Shown: piece after piece, positions 8,638 through 18,832 of the stretch
Layout of the letters: every line of letters begins with the position of its first letter
How positions within the stretch are numbered: position 1 is the first letter of the stretch
Assembly: GCA_963765765.1 (NCBI GenBank)
Contig: CAVXYC010000020.1
Span: 160,001 to 224,000, forward strand
DNA length: 64,000 bases
Source of the DNA: an uncultured Chloroflexia bacterium
GTDB taxonomy: Bacteria > Chloroflexota > UBA6077 > JACCZL01
Reading direction: 5' to 3'
The notes under the pieces: model-generated
Seen by the model: the letters and a program-made list of their open reading frames with translations, nothing else
Told to the model about the DNA's origin: nothing
Database searches by the model: none
Position numbers and translations under genes: made by a program

Positions 8638-10402
8638 CTAGCAGCCCGTTGGGTCGATCCAAGCCCATTTCATGGCGGCGTGATTGTGGTTTGGTTTCGT
8701 TAGCGGTGAGTTCTTTATGCGGCACTGTGTGAAGTGGTAGTAGATGCGACTCACGGTTGGGGCGTAAGGCACATCTTCGAAGAGTCGATCCTGGATCTGG
8801 TCGGTTATCACCTTACGTTTGGCCGCGTCCAGCTCACGGGACTGGGCCGCCGTCAGTCGATCGATCTCTGGGTCGCTGTACTTCATGGCATTGAGTGAAT
8901 TGCCGGTTCGTAGGAAGTCACCCACCCAGAAGTTCAGGAGAGGTTGACCGCCCAGAACTCCCCAGGCAAGGTCCTCGAAGTTACCGCCATTCAAGATCGT
9001 CGTAAAGTTCCGACCTTCCACAACCACCTTGGTGGTGATGCCGATGGCAGCAAGATGCTGCTGGGCAACCTCGGCGTCTTCCGCATATTGCGATGAGGTC
9101 TTGAGTGTGACGTTGAGACTGCCTGGAGCAATTCCCGCTTCCTGAAGGAGTGCTTTTGCCTTCTCTCGATCGGTCTTGAACTTGTCCTGAATTTTTGCCC
9201 TCGTCCCAGGCGAACTCGGGGTAGGCCACAGGCACATACCCTGCATCCACCGCTCCGCCGCGATTAGAGGCGATGAAGTCTTCTCGATCGAGCGAATAGA
9301 GTATGGCCTTCCGCACCCTGGGGTCATTCCACGGCGCTTTGTCGAGACGGAACCATACAGCAGCGTGCGTGAATTGAAGCTCGGTGGTCATCTTGAGATT
9401 TGGATTCATGGCCTTGGTTGCGTCGGCCTCGAGCTTCAGCATGCCAAACGTCCCAGTGTAGTCAATCTGACCGCCGCGAAACGCTGCCACCTCAGCGTTG
9501 TAATCCTGGAACAGCAGGCTGCGGACACCGTCAGCGTAAGGCAGCGGCTGGCCGTCTTCGCCCATCTCCCAGTAGTCCGGATTGCGGACGGTGAGGATCT
9601 CCTGGTCCGGCTTGTAGTCCTTCAGCATGAAAGCGCCCGTGCCCACGGCAACTTGCGAGAAGTCGCCGTGCTGCTCCTTCACCTCACGGGCCAACATTAC
9701 GTTCTGGTAATGGCCCAGTTTGCCCAGGAAGTCAGCGTCCGGCTGCTGAAGTTTCAGCACAACCGTCTGAGGATCGGGCTCTTCGTGCGTGACACCATCC
9801 CACAGCGATCGGGCGACGGTCCCGCTTCTGTGGTGCTCGATGCTCCAGGCAACGTCGGCAGACGTGAACGGACGGCCGTTTACCGGTGGCAGGTTGTGCC
9901 ATTTGGCGTTCGGCTGCAGCTTCAGGGTGTACGTGAGGCCGTCGGGTGAGATCTCCCAGGACTTCGCCAGGCTCGGCGCCATCACGGGATCGCCGTAGCG
10001 GCAGCCGCGAGTCTCGACGAGTGTATTGTAGACCTGAGTACCGGCATCTCCCCAACCAACAGCGCGTGTGGGGTCAATCGACTCGAGCCCGCCCGAGCGG
10101 ACAATGGTACCACCCCGCTTTGGCGGCCCTGCTGTACGCCAGAACTCTTTGCCCGGTTCGCATTGACTGGCCGGAGCGCTCGTTGCCGGCTTCGCGGCCG
10201 CTGGCGCGCTATCCTTCGCGGCCGGCGCAGCTTCCTTAGCAGCAGATGCGGCATCTTTGGCGGCCGGGGCGGTTGTTGCCACAGCGTTTGGGGCGGCATC
10301 CTTTGCCGCGGGCGCGGGCGCTTGAGGAGCACACGCGGCGAGCAGGAGACTGACTGCCCCAAGTATTGGCGTCAGTTGCGCGAAAACGTTTCGAGTCAAC
10401 AT
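8638..10402 (-). CDS. ABC transporter substrate-binding lipoprotein, family 5 (frameshift ~9205)
   Basis: Lipobox LLLAAC, AP/K-rich linker, PSLAKSWEISPDG, GTGAF, RNPDYW and DPRVRKA. The C-terminal part lies in ORF 8638..9327. Confidence 0.9.
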
Positions 10403-10429
10403 CGTCTCAAACCTCTCGTTACCGCGATC

Positions 10430-11377
10430 CTAGCGGCCGCGCAGGCGCGGGTCCATCTCATCGCGGACCGCGTCGCCAAGGAAGTTAAATGCCAGCACCG
10501 TGATGCTCAACGCCACGGCGGGCGCAATGAGCAGCCATGGCGCAGTGACCATAAATTGGCGCCCTTGAATTGTCAGCATTCCGCCCCACGTCACCCACGG
10601 TGGCGGTGCGGCGAGGCCAAGGAAGCTCAGTGTGGCCTCCGTCACGATCGCCGCACCGATGCTGGTGGAGAAAATGATCAATGTTGTCGGCACGATGTTT
10701 GGCAGAATGTGGCGAAATATGATCCGGGATTCACGCGCGCCTACCGCTTTTGCTGATTCGACGAATACTTCGCGAGTGACGCTGAACACGTTGCTGCGAA
10801 TGACGCGATTTGCACGAGGAATCTGGGTGACGCCAATGGCAATGGCCGTGACTATGAGATTCCGCCCGGACGGACCGAGCGATGCCACCAGCAAGGTCGC
10901 CAGGACCAGCGTGGGTATAGCCTGGAGCGAGTCCATTATGCGCTGGATGAACATGTCAACTCGTCCACCCCGATAGCCGCTAATCAAACCGATTAATAGG
11001 CCACCAATAGTGCCGATCATGACGGACGCAGCGCCTACGGACAGCGAAATTCGGGCCCCGTGGACGATACGACTGAACACATCTCGCCCGAGACTGTCGG
11101 TGCCCAGAATGTACATGTCACCGGCACGATCCAACGTGCCCGGGGGCTTCAGCGAGTCTCGCAGAAGCTGTGTGGCTGGCTCTCGCGGTGATACGCTTTC
11201 GGCGAACACGCCAGCGAGGATGATCGTCAGTAGCACCACTGCACTCAGCAAACCGACTGGTTGCCGTGTCACCATGGCCCGTATGCGCGAGTGTTTGGCC
11301 CGAGCCGCTCGCTTCGCGATGACATCCGGTCCTCCGGTGAGTGGACGTCCCAGCGTTTGGCCCTGAGCTACCGCCAT
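10430..11377 (-). CDS. Peptide/nickel ABC permease (DppC-like)
   Basis: LGTDSLGRDVFSRIVHGARISL and EAA loop (VESAKAVGA). Confidence 0.95.
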   Translation of the reverse strand: MAVAQGQTLGRPLTGGPDVIAKRAARAKHSRIRAMVTRQPVGLLSAVVLLTIILAGVFAESVSPREPATQLLRDSLKPPGTLDRAGDMYILGTDSLGRDVFSRIVHGARISLSVGAASVMIGTIGGLLIGLISGYRGGRVDMFIQRIMDSLQAIPTLVLATLLVASLGPSGRNLIVTAIAIGVTQIPRANRVIRSNVFSVTREVFVESAKAVGARESRIIFRHILPNIVPTTLIIFSTSIGAAIVTEATLSFLGLAAPPPWVTWGGMLTIQGRQFMVTAPWLLIAPAVALSITVLAFNFLGDAVRDEMDPRLRGR

Positions 11378-11397
11378 GGCAACAACTCTTCCCTCAA

Positions 11398-12354
11398 CTA
11401 GCTGTAATGGATGCGCGGATCCAGCCAGGCGTAGCTGAGATCCACCAGTAGATTGACAATCGTGTAGATCAGAAAGAGATAAAGAATATTCGCTTGAAGC
11501 TGAGCAAAATCGCCCTTATCGATGGCAATAAGGGTGAGGCGCCCCAGACCGGGTAACGAGAAGATGTTCTCCAACACCACGCTGCCGCCAAGCGTGAAGG
11601 CGACCTGTGTGCCCATGATCGTAACGACTGGTATCAACGCGTTCTTCAAGCCATGCCCCGCGACAACCATGCGCTCAGTCAAACCCTTCGCTCGGCCGGT
11701 GCGGATGAAATCGTTTCGCAGTACTTCGAGCAGCGTAGAGCGCAGCATGCGCACATTGACCGCCGCAACCCCGAACGCCAGCGCTGCCAGGGGTAGCGCC
11801 ATCTGGACCATGTGAGTGGACATGTCCTCCCAGGGCGCCTTGTAGCCAACGGGAGGAGTCCATCCCCACCAGATGGAGGGCGCCACCAGCAGGACAGTGG
11901 CAACCACGAAACTTGGAATGGACAACCCAACCACGGCAATAAAGCGGACCAGATAGTCGATCCAGGAATTGAGGCGGACTGCTGACAGGATGCCGAAAGG
12001 GATGCCAATGACGATAGCGAACACAATGGAGAGCAGCGTGATCTCCAGGCTCACTGGCAGCGACTGAAAGATACGATCCGCGACAGGTTGGCCGGTCGCC
12101 CAGGATAGGCCGAAGTCACCGCGAACGGCGCCCCACAACCACAGAACGTATTGCACGAGCATCGGCTTATCAAGCCCATACTCGCGACGAAGCTGATCTC
12201 GCAGCACCTCGTCGTTGGCGCCAACACCCTGGGACAAACTGTCTTCGATGATGTCGACGGGAGTGAAGATACGTAGCGAGAAAAAGATGATCGCCGAGCC
12301 GCCCAGCAGCACGGGGAATATTCCAATGATGCGACGGAGAATGTATTCGGTCAC
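11398..12354 (-). CDS. Peptide/nickel ABC permease (DppB-like)
   Basis: YGLDKPM..QY, GDFGLS, RTGRAKGL and DLSYAWLDPRI. Confidence 0.95.
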   Translation of the reverse strand: MTEYILRRIIGIFPVLLGGSAIIFFSLRIFTPVDIIEDSLSQGVGANDEVLRDQLRREYGLDKPMLVQYVLWLWGAVRGDFGLSWATGQPVADRIFQSLPVSLEITLLSIVFAIVIGIPFGILSAVRLNSWIDYLVRFIAVVGLSIPSFVVATVLLVAPSIWWGWTPPVGYKAPWEDMSTHMVQMALPLAALAFGVAAVNVRMLRSTLLEVLRNDFIRTGRAKGLTERMVVAGHGLKNALIPVVTIMGTQVAFTLGGSVVLENIFSLPGLGRLTLIAIDKGDFAQLQANILYLFLIYTIVNLLVDLSYAWLDPRIHYS

Positions 12355-12505
12355 AGATTCGGACCCCATGCGCCGGGATGCCGAGTGACGTCCTGAGCGC
12401 ACGTCAAGAGTTGCTGTAACATCGCAGGCTTACCGTTCCCTTCGCAAGGAATGTCGGGATAGGGCCCATGCGTGATGAGTTCGCGGCAAGTCCCTACGCA
12501 CCTGG

Positions 12506-13828
12506 TTAAGCGGGAATCACCTGCCGGATGGCACTTTCCGTGGCTTCCATCCAGTTCGCACCAGTGTCAAGTGTGAGCTGGACACCGCGGCGGCGATAGA
12601 TCTCCGGAGCATCCACGCCAGGAGGCGTCTCGCCGGTTTCACTCAGCGCTTTCGCTGCGTTGAGCAGCCGTCTGCGCGTCCGGATGATCATGCCATCGGC
12701 AGTGCCCAGGTGCTCTTTGGTCCGATCAAAGACCTCACCCATCGATTCCTGGACCGCTCCGTCCTGAAGCGGATTGGACTCATCCAGCCCCGTGTAATTC
12801 TCAGTTTTCTGGATCTGGCGGTCGATTAAGTAATCATTGTCCCGATTCGCGGCAAAGACCCATTGCTCCAGCGGTCGGGACGTATTGGGGAGATAACCGA
12901 CTTTTGGTACTCGCCCGGTGTGTCCGCTGCGCTCCGTGGGACTTAACTCACGACCCACAGTGCTCCAGCTTGGCTCCCAGATCATGACGTGCGCATCGTC
13001 CAGGGGGACCCAGATCTTGGCACTGCCCGTCTCGGCATTCCCCGGGATGCTGGTGTAGAACGGCATCAGGAACTGGGTGATGCGCCAGAAGTCCTGCCCT
13101 TCACCGGCCGGCCGGCGTGCTCCGTAAGTGACACCAACATCCGTATCCAACACGTGAAGGGTGGGCGCTCCGTGACTACGGAAGTAATTGCGGTGCTCGA
13201 TGTCGCGCTCGTTCCGTGCCGCGTAGAGGCCGGCGCTCATCGCCAGGCTCTCTTCTAGCTTGAGACGACTGTGCAGATAGTTGATGTGCGAAGAGTCAAT
13301 ATCGCCCTCGAGCGCTTGAAGCCAGTTACAGGCTCGCATGTAGCGGAGCGATTGCCGTTGACTCGCGGGCACGAGTGCCCAGCCGATCTGCGGTAGCGGC
13401 GGAGGCATCTTCCGCGGCCCCATGTACGTCCAGATGATGCCGTTCAGCTCTACACAGGGGTATGAGCCAACCTTGACCTTCTGCTTAAAATTGCTCTCTG
13501 GCGGTTCATTGGGCATGTCCACGCAGGCGCCGGAGGTGTCGAACTTCCAGCCATGATAGACGCAACGGAGGCCGGCTTCTTCATTGCGTCCAAAGAACAG
13601 CGATGCCCCGCGATGGGGACAGTTTTCGGCTACGAGGCCGACTTTACCGTCGGAATCGCGGAATGCGACAAGGTCTTCACAAAGAAGGCGGACCCTCTTC
13701 GGCTCACTATCTGGGCCATCGAGGTCCTCGGTTTGAAGTGCAGGAATCCAGTACTCACGCATGAGTCGTCCCATCGGAGTGCCGGGGCCAACACGAGTAA
13801 TTAACTCATTGTCTTCTTTGCTGAGCAT
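12506..13828 (-). CDS. Rieske non-heme iron oxygenase alpha subunit (phthalate dioxygenase/LigX-like)
   Basis: CPHRG...CVYHGW Rieske motif and EGDIDSSHINYLH iron motif. GGAG RBS before MLSKEDNE. Confidence 0.93.
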   Translation of the reverse strand: MLSKEDNELITRVGPGTPMGRLMREYWIPALQTEDLDGPDSEPKRVRLLCEDLVAFRDSDGKVGLVAENCPHRGASLFFGRNEEAGLRCVYHGWKFDTSGACVDMPNEPPESNFKQKVKVGSYPCVELNGIIWTYMGPRKMPPPLPQIGWALVPASQRQSLRYMRACNWLQALEGDIDSSHINYLHSRLKLEESLAMSAGLYAARNERDIEHRNYFRSHGAPTLHVLDTDVGVTYGARRPAGEGQDFWRITQFLMPFYTSIPGNAETGSAKIWVPLDDAHVMIWEPSWSTVGRELSPTERSGHTGRVPKVGYLPNTSRPLEQWVFAANRDNDYLIDRQIQKTENYTGLDESNPLQDGAVQESMGEVFDRTKEHLGTADGMIIRTRRRLLNAAKALSETGETPPGVDAPEIYRRRGVQLTLDTGANWMEATESAIRQVIPA

Positions 13829-13984
13829 GCCAGTCTCCGTTGACAGAAGCTGAGCGGGAGCATATGGAACCGGGCCGCCAGCGTCAAGCTGAGCTTGACT
13901 GTTGGGCATCTCGCTCACTGAACGAGGGAGCGCATCCAGTATCGTTTGAATATCAATAACACTAGATATGAATCGAGGCTGTCA

Positions 13985-14953
13985 ATGACGATTACCTTGT
14001 CGGACCTGAGGGTCATGATCGAGCCGCAGGAAGGCGGCGCCTATGCAGAAATGCTCGGCCTTGCGCAGAGAGCCGAGGCGATCGGGTTTGGTGGGTTTTT
14101 TCGGTCAGATCACTACCTTCCAATGAATGTGCCGCCCGAATCGGAAGCGACGGACGCCTGGGCCACGCTCGCGGGATTTGCGCGTGAAACGACCACCATT
14201 CGCCTCGGCGTCCTTGTAAGCCCCATGACATTTCGCCACCCTAGCGAGTTTGCGAAGGTGGTCGCCACGGTTGATCAGATGAGCGGCGGCCGACTTGATG
14301 TAGGCATGGGCGCAGGGTGGTTCGAGAAGGAGCACGTAGCTTACGGCCTACCCTTTCCTCCGCCTGCGGAGCGGATGGACAGGTTGGAGGATTCGCTCGA
14401 GATTTGCACCCGCCTGTGGGCGGATGGACCCGCGACTTATGAGGGCAAGCAGTTCAGTCTGAAGAATGCCCCGGGCTACCCCAAGCCGACGCAGCGACCG
14501 CACCCACCCATCATCATCGGCGGGGGAGGTCCCAAACGGACACCCCGTCTCGCGGCTCAATTTGGCAATGAATACAACTCGTTCGGCGCAAAGACGGATG
14601 TCTTCGCGGAGCGTAAACAGCGTGTCATGGATGCGTGCGCTAGTCAAAATCGGGATCCCAGCTCGCTGATCTACTCGGTGATGTGCCCGACAATCGTTGG
14701 CAAGGACGATGCGGACCTGCGTCGCCGAAGTCAACAACGCCTGGACTTCAACCGCCAGAATGACGACGTTGATGCGTGGATAGCCAATATGCAGAACGGC
14801 GGGTCGCTCGTTGGCACAGTACAGGACGTAGCCACGCGTATGAAGGCTGTGGCAGAGCTTGGTTGCCAGCGCTTCTATCTGCAGATCGTTCCGGTGGGCG
14901 ACGAGGGCATGCTGGAGCTGATTGCCGAGGAGTTGGTGCCGCTGCTGAGATGA
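13985..14953 (+). CDS. LLM-class, probably F420-dependent, oxidoreductase
   Basis: EPQEG, FFRSDH, TFRHP, DQMSGGR...GAGW and IIGGGGPKRT. Confidence 0.9.
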   Translation: MTITLSDLRVMIEPQEGGAYAEMLGLAQRAEAIGFGGFFRSDHYLPMNVPPESEATDAWATLAGFARETTTIRLGVLVSPMTFRHPSEFAKVVATVDQMSGGRLDVGMGAGWFEKEHVAYGLPFPPPAERMDRLEDSLEICTRLWADGPATYEGKQFSLKNAPGYPKPTQRPHPPIIIGGGGPKRTPRLAAQFGNEYNSFGAKTDVFAERKQRVMDACASQNRDPSSLIYSVMCPTIVGKDDADLRRRSQQRLDFNRQNDDVDAWIANMQNGGSLVGTVQDVATRMKAVAELGCQRFYLQIVPVGDEGMLELIAEELVPLLR

Positions 14954-14994
14954 GCGCTCCGAACAGCGGTCGGGATCCGTCGCCCAGTGAGCCT

Positions 14995-15072
14995 GTAGAG
15001 CGGAGCTCCGTGCCCGCGAGTCACCGTCTTCCGCTGCGATCTGAGGAACTCCGGGAACGGAGCCCGCTCTAC
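14995..15072. repeat. GTAG-type REP inverted pair
   Basis: GTAGAGCGGAGCTCCGTGCCCG ... CGGGAACGGAGCCCGCTCTAC. Confidence 0.75.
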
Positions 15073-15122
15073 GAAATGGACGGGTTAGGTAAACTCAACT
15101 TCGAAACGAAACGGAGCCGCCA

Positions 15123-16391
15123 ATGCTGTCGCATGCTGACAACGACGTGATGTGTCGAGTGACTCCCGCCACACCGATGGGCAAGCTACTTCGCACGTTC
15201 TGGATGCCGGCTCTGCTCTCGAGGGAGCTTCCGGAGCCCGATGGCGCTCCTGTGCGGGTCCGCCTTCTCGGCGAAGACCTGGTGGCGTACCGCGACTCCA
15301 GCGGGTCAGTGGGACTCGTGGCCGAGAATTGCCCCCATCGCGGCGCCTCACTCTTCTTCGGACGTAACGAGGAGGACGGACTCCGTTGTGTCTATCACGG
15401 CTGGAAGTTCGACACCTCAGGCGCATGCGTGGACATGCCTAACGAGCCACCCGAATCAAACTTCAAGCACAAGGTCAAGGTCACGGCGTATCCATGCCAA
15501 GAGCGCGGCGGTATTGTGTGGGCCTACATGGGCCCAAATGACATCGACGCACAGTTGCCCGACCTTGAATGGGCTCGGGTGCCTGATTCCCACATCTACC
15601 TCTCCAAGTGCCTGCAGGAATGCAACTGGGTGCAGGCATTGGAAGGCGGACTTGATTCGAGTCACATCTCCTTCCTACACAGCAGGCTGGACCGCTCGAC
15701 GATCGCTGCGCCCCGCGGGTCCGTTCTGGCAGAGCAGTTCGGTGGAGCCGACCAGCATCCACGATTTGCCGTGCGTGAAACGGATTACGGATTTGTCTAC
15801 GGCGCCCGAAGAAACGCCACAAATAACCAGTACTACTGGCGCATCACCCAGTGGCTCTTGCCCTTCTATCACATCATTCCGGCAGAAGACGGCGCGGTGG
15901 TAACGGGCAACGCGTGGGTTCCGATTGATGATGAGCACTGCTGGGTCTACCGCGCGTCGTGGCATCCAGATCGGCCGCTCACCGAAACCGAGGTCTACGA
16001 CTACCGCTACGGGGGAGTCATGCACGAGGAGGTCGATCCAGCAACGTTTCGTCCACGAGCGAACAAGCGGAATGATTACCTCGTCGATCGGGATGTGCAG
16101 CGTACCGAGTCCTTTTCGGGCATCAAGGGCATCCAGGCGCAGGACATGGCCATGATCGAGACGATGGGTCCGATCTGCAACCGAACTCGGGAGCACCTTG
16201 GCACAAGTGACACTGCCATCATCTCGATGCGTCGTCGGCTGCTGCGCCTCGCGCGTGAGCTGGAGGATGGTGACGTCCCGCACGCGGCGATCCACGGAGA
16301 GTCGTATCGAGTCCGCTCGGCGGCGCTGCTCCTCGATCGAGGCGTCCCTTTCGATGAGGGCGCTCGAGAAAAGTTGATCTCACCGGCCTGA
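15123..16391 (+). CDS. Rieske non-heme iron oxygenase alpha subunit (paralogue of 12506..13828)
   Basis: CPHRG...CVYHGW and EGGLDSSHISFLH. Confidence 0.93.
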   Translation: MLSHADNDVMCRVTPATPMGKLLRTFWMPALLSRELPEPDGAPVRVRLLGEDLVAYRDSSGSVGLVAENCPHRGASLFFGRNEEDGLRCVYHGWKFDTSGACVDMPNEPPESNFKHKVKVTAYPCQERGGIVWAYMGPNDIDAQLPDLEWARVPDSHIYLSKCLQECNWVQALEGGLDSSHISFLHSRLDRSTIAAPRGSVLAEQFGGADQHPRFAVRETDYGFVYGARRNATNNQYYWRITQWLLPFYHIIPAEDGAVVTGNAWVPIDDEHCWVYRASWHPDRPLTETEVYDYRYGGVMHEEVDPATFRPRANKRNDYLVDRDVQRTESFSGIKGIQAQDMAMIETMGPICNRTREHLGTSDTAIISMRRRLLRLARELEDGDVPHAAIHGESYRVRSAALLLDRGVPFDEGAREKLISPA

Positions 16392-16702
16392 ACGTGCGAA
16401 GCACTCTGAGGTGCGTGTGCACCGCTTTCAGGTCTCCCGCTCTCAATGTGAGACTCGGAGAAAGCGCGCCGCTCTGCTTATACTTCGCGCCTGAATGGAA
16501 GTGACGCATCTGGGATGGCGACGCTTTAACGGCGAGAAGGCCGAATGCTACACTACGTTAGTTCGGCCGCCAGTGATCAGGTGTGGTGTGCACGCGACGC
16601 TGACACACAATCGATTTCCTTGACCCGTAACGCACACATCTTTTCATCACCCGCTTATCCAACGCGGTCACATGCGGGCCTGCTTCGCGGTCGAACGACC
16701 GT

Positions 16703-17956
16703 ATGAACGCACCCTCTCAAGCCGTCGCCAGGCCAGGCGAGACTCTCTCGCATACCAGCTCAGAGCTCAGTGCGCGGGCTGCACAGCGCCGTGCCTGGTT
16801 CTGGCTCCTCGCGGCATTCACCGCTTTTTGTTGTCTGAGCATCGCCAGCGGGACCGCGGTACTCAACTATCGTCGTTCAGCCACGGACTCACCCGGTGCT
16901 GCGCTCCGCATTGATCGTGGCATCGTCCTTTACCAGGACAGTCCGGATGCAGCTCAGCTCCGCGGTCGAACAGGCATGGACGTTTATGAGGGAGGTTCCA
17001 TCGAAGCCAGCGAGGGCACATCGGCCGTGGTAGGTTTCTTCGATGGGACGGAGGCTCGGCTTTTCCCTGGGGCAAGCGTCCGTCTTTCCGGGATTCGAAC
17101 TGGAGTCTTCAATCAAGAACTGACGCGGATCTCGCTGAACCAGGTCAACGGCGCTGTCAACTACGCCGTCACCGGCCAGCTTCCCTTTGGCCGGGACGTA
17201 ACGGTGACCACTCCGCACGGTACGGTCAGTTTGACCCGTGGAGACGTGACTGTTTGGATCGAAGACAATACGACTCGCGTTCTCTCCTACGACGGTCGCG
17301 GAAAAGTGGAGTCGGACGGCCGTCAAGTCAGGTTCAGAGAAGGTCAGCGTGTCGTAGCAAGCGAGGCGCTCCTGCCACGGGAGCCGCTTTCTATTGCTGA
17401 GAACCTGGTCAAGAATGGCGAGCTCACGCAGGGCATGGAATCGTGGACGCCGATAGACATCCGCGAGCGTGGCAGGACCGACGTGCTGGGCGAGCGAACC
17501 ATTGACACAGAGCTCATCGCCGGTCTTCGCTCATCGGCGCTCCACTTTTTCCGTGACTCTCAGAAGGACAGCCACAATGAGACAGGGGTTAGTCAGGAGA
17601 TCAATCGAGACGTAACCCCGTACCGAGTCATCAATCTCTCAGGCTGGGTCAAGGTCAATTTCGCAAGCCTGTCCGGCGGCGGCTATCTGGGCTCAGAGTA
17701 TCCCATGATGGTGCGCGTCAATTTCACGGATGACAAGGGAAGCCGACAGGTCTGGTCCAAGGGGTTTTTCTATGCCAATCCGGAGAATCGACCAACCGAC
17801 ATTGGTGAGCAGGTTCCTCGCGGTGAGTGGTATCCGTTTCTGATTCGCTTGCACCAGCTTCCAGATAGGCCAACGTTTATCAAGTCGGTCGAAGTACTGT
17901 CCTCGGGTCACGACTTCGATGCTCTGGCCAGCTACATTCAGATCGTGACCGAGTAG
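16703..17956 (+). CDS. Membrane-anchored FecR-domain protein with a C-terminal beta-sandwich
   Basis: N-terminal TM, FecR-like FFDGTEARL and VTTPHG, then NLVKNG and a beta-rich domain. Confidence 0.65.
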   Translation: MNAPSQAVARPGETLSHTSSELSARAAQRRAWFWLLAAFTAFCCLSIASGTAVLNYRRSATDSPGAALRIDRGIVLYQDSPDAAQLRGRTGMDVYEGGSIEASEGTSAVVGFFDGTEARLFPGASVRLSGIRTGVFNQELTRISLNQVNGAVNYAVTGQLPFGRDVTVTTPHGTVSLTRGDVTVWIEDNTTRVLSYDGRGKVESDGRQVRFREGQRVVASEALLPREPLSIAENLVKNGELTQGMESWTPIDIRERGRTDVLGERTIDTELIAGLRSSALHFFRDSQKDSHNETGVSQEINRDVTPYRVINLSGWVKVNFASLSGGGYLGSEYPMMVRVNFTDDKGSRQVWSKGFFYANPENRPTDIGEQVPRGEWYPFLIRLHQLPDRPTFIKSVEVLSSGHDFDALASYIQIVTE

Positions 17957-18044
17957 CGTCCTCGGACGTATTGGTGTCCTCGATTGGGTTCCACCTAGTT
18001 GCTCCGGACCTCCATACGCGGCCTTTGAGGCCGAGCTCGCCGCC

Positions 18045-18147
18045 CGTTGCGCGGCGGTCTTGCACCCCGCGGCCGCGAAATCCTGCTCAACGAATTGCGT
18101 TCTAGTCAGGGGTGTTCGGCGGCGGAGCACAAGACCGCCGCGCGACG
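18045..18147. repeat. Imperfect REP-like inverted repeat
   Basis: CGTTGCGCGGCGGTCTTG ... CAAGACCGCCGCGCGACG, lying between convergent genes. Confidence 0.7.
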
Positions 18148-18203
18148 AGCGACATGTAGAAGCCCGCAACCTAGTGGCGGCGCCACGAGCTCAGACCTGG
18201 TGA

Positions 18204-18740
18204 TCAGTCGTACCACTGCCCAACGACGGTTCGTTTCTCGGCGTAGGCCGGATCATCGATTGTCGTCCTGAAGGGTGGGAATAGCACGTCAATGGCGACC
18301 CGAAGTCCGGGTTGCGGCTTGGTGAGATCGCGAAGCCGGTCGGAGATATCGATCTCGCGCTGTAGGATGGTCTCCAGGAGCTCTCGCAGGTCTGGATCAC
18401 GATCGCCTACCCGACTCAGCGCGCCTCGGACCTTCTCATCGAGCTCGGCCAGGGGCGGGGTCATTACCTGCCCACCGTGGGCCACACCTGGCGGATTCCA
18501 TTTGACGATGGGCCGAGTCTCACCCAGGTAGCTGATGTTCAGCTCGCCTGTCTCGTGGGTATGGCGAACGCTTCGCTCACCCGGCAAAACGACCAGCGCC
18601 GTGACCAGGACGAACTCGTTGTCCAGCACGGTGTACCACTTGCGCTTTCGGTTGCCCTCAACTCCCAATCCGCGCCACCCGTGTTCGGGAGCTTCAAACG
18701 CGTTAAGGACGATCTCTTGCGATGCGTCTTGGTTCGCCAT
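18204..18740 (-). CDS. Hypothetical cupin-like protein with a helical insertion
   Basis: PGERSVRHTHETGE (cupin motif 1-like) and PPGVAHG (motif 2-like). Confidence 0.55.
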   Translation of the reverse strand: MANQDASQEIVLNAFEAPEHGWRGLGVEGNRKRKWYTVLDNEFVLVTALVVLPGERSVRHTHETGELNISYLGETRPIVKWNPPGVAHGGQVMTPPLAELDEKVRGALSRVGDRDPDLRELLETILQREIDISDRLRDLTKPQPGLRVAIDVLFPPFRTTIDDPAYAEKRTVVGQWYD

Positions 18741-18832
18741 GGTGTCTTGGCCAATCAATCTTCACGCTGCATCATAGGCGGGAAACGCTTGAGCGTACGC
18801 GGTAGGACAGGCGACTCTGTCCCACTGAAGCG

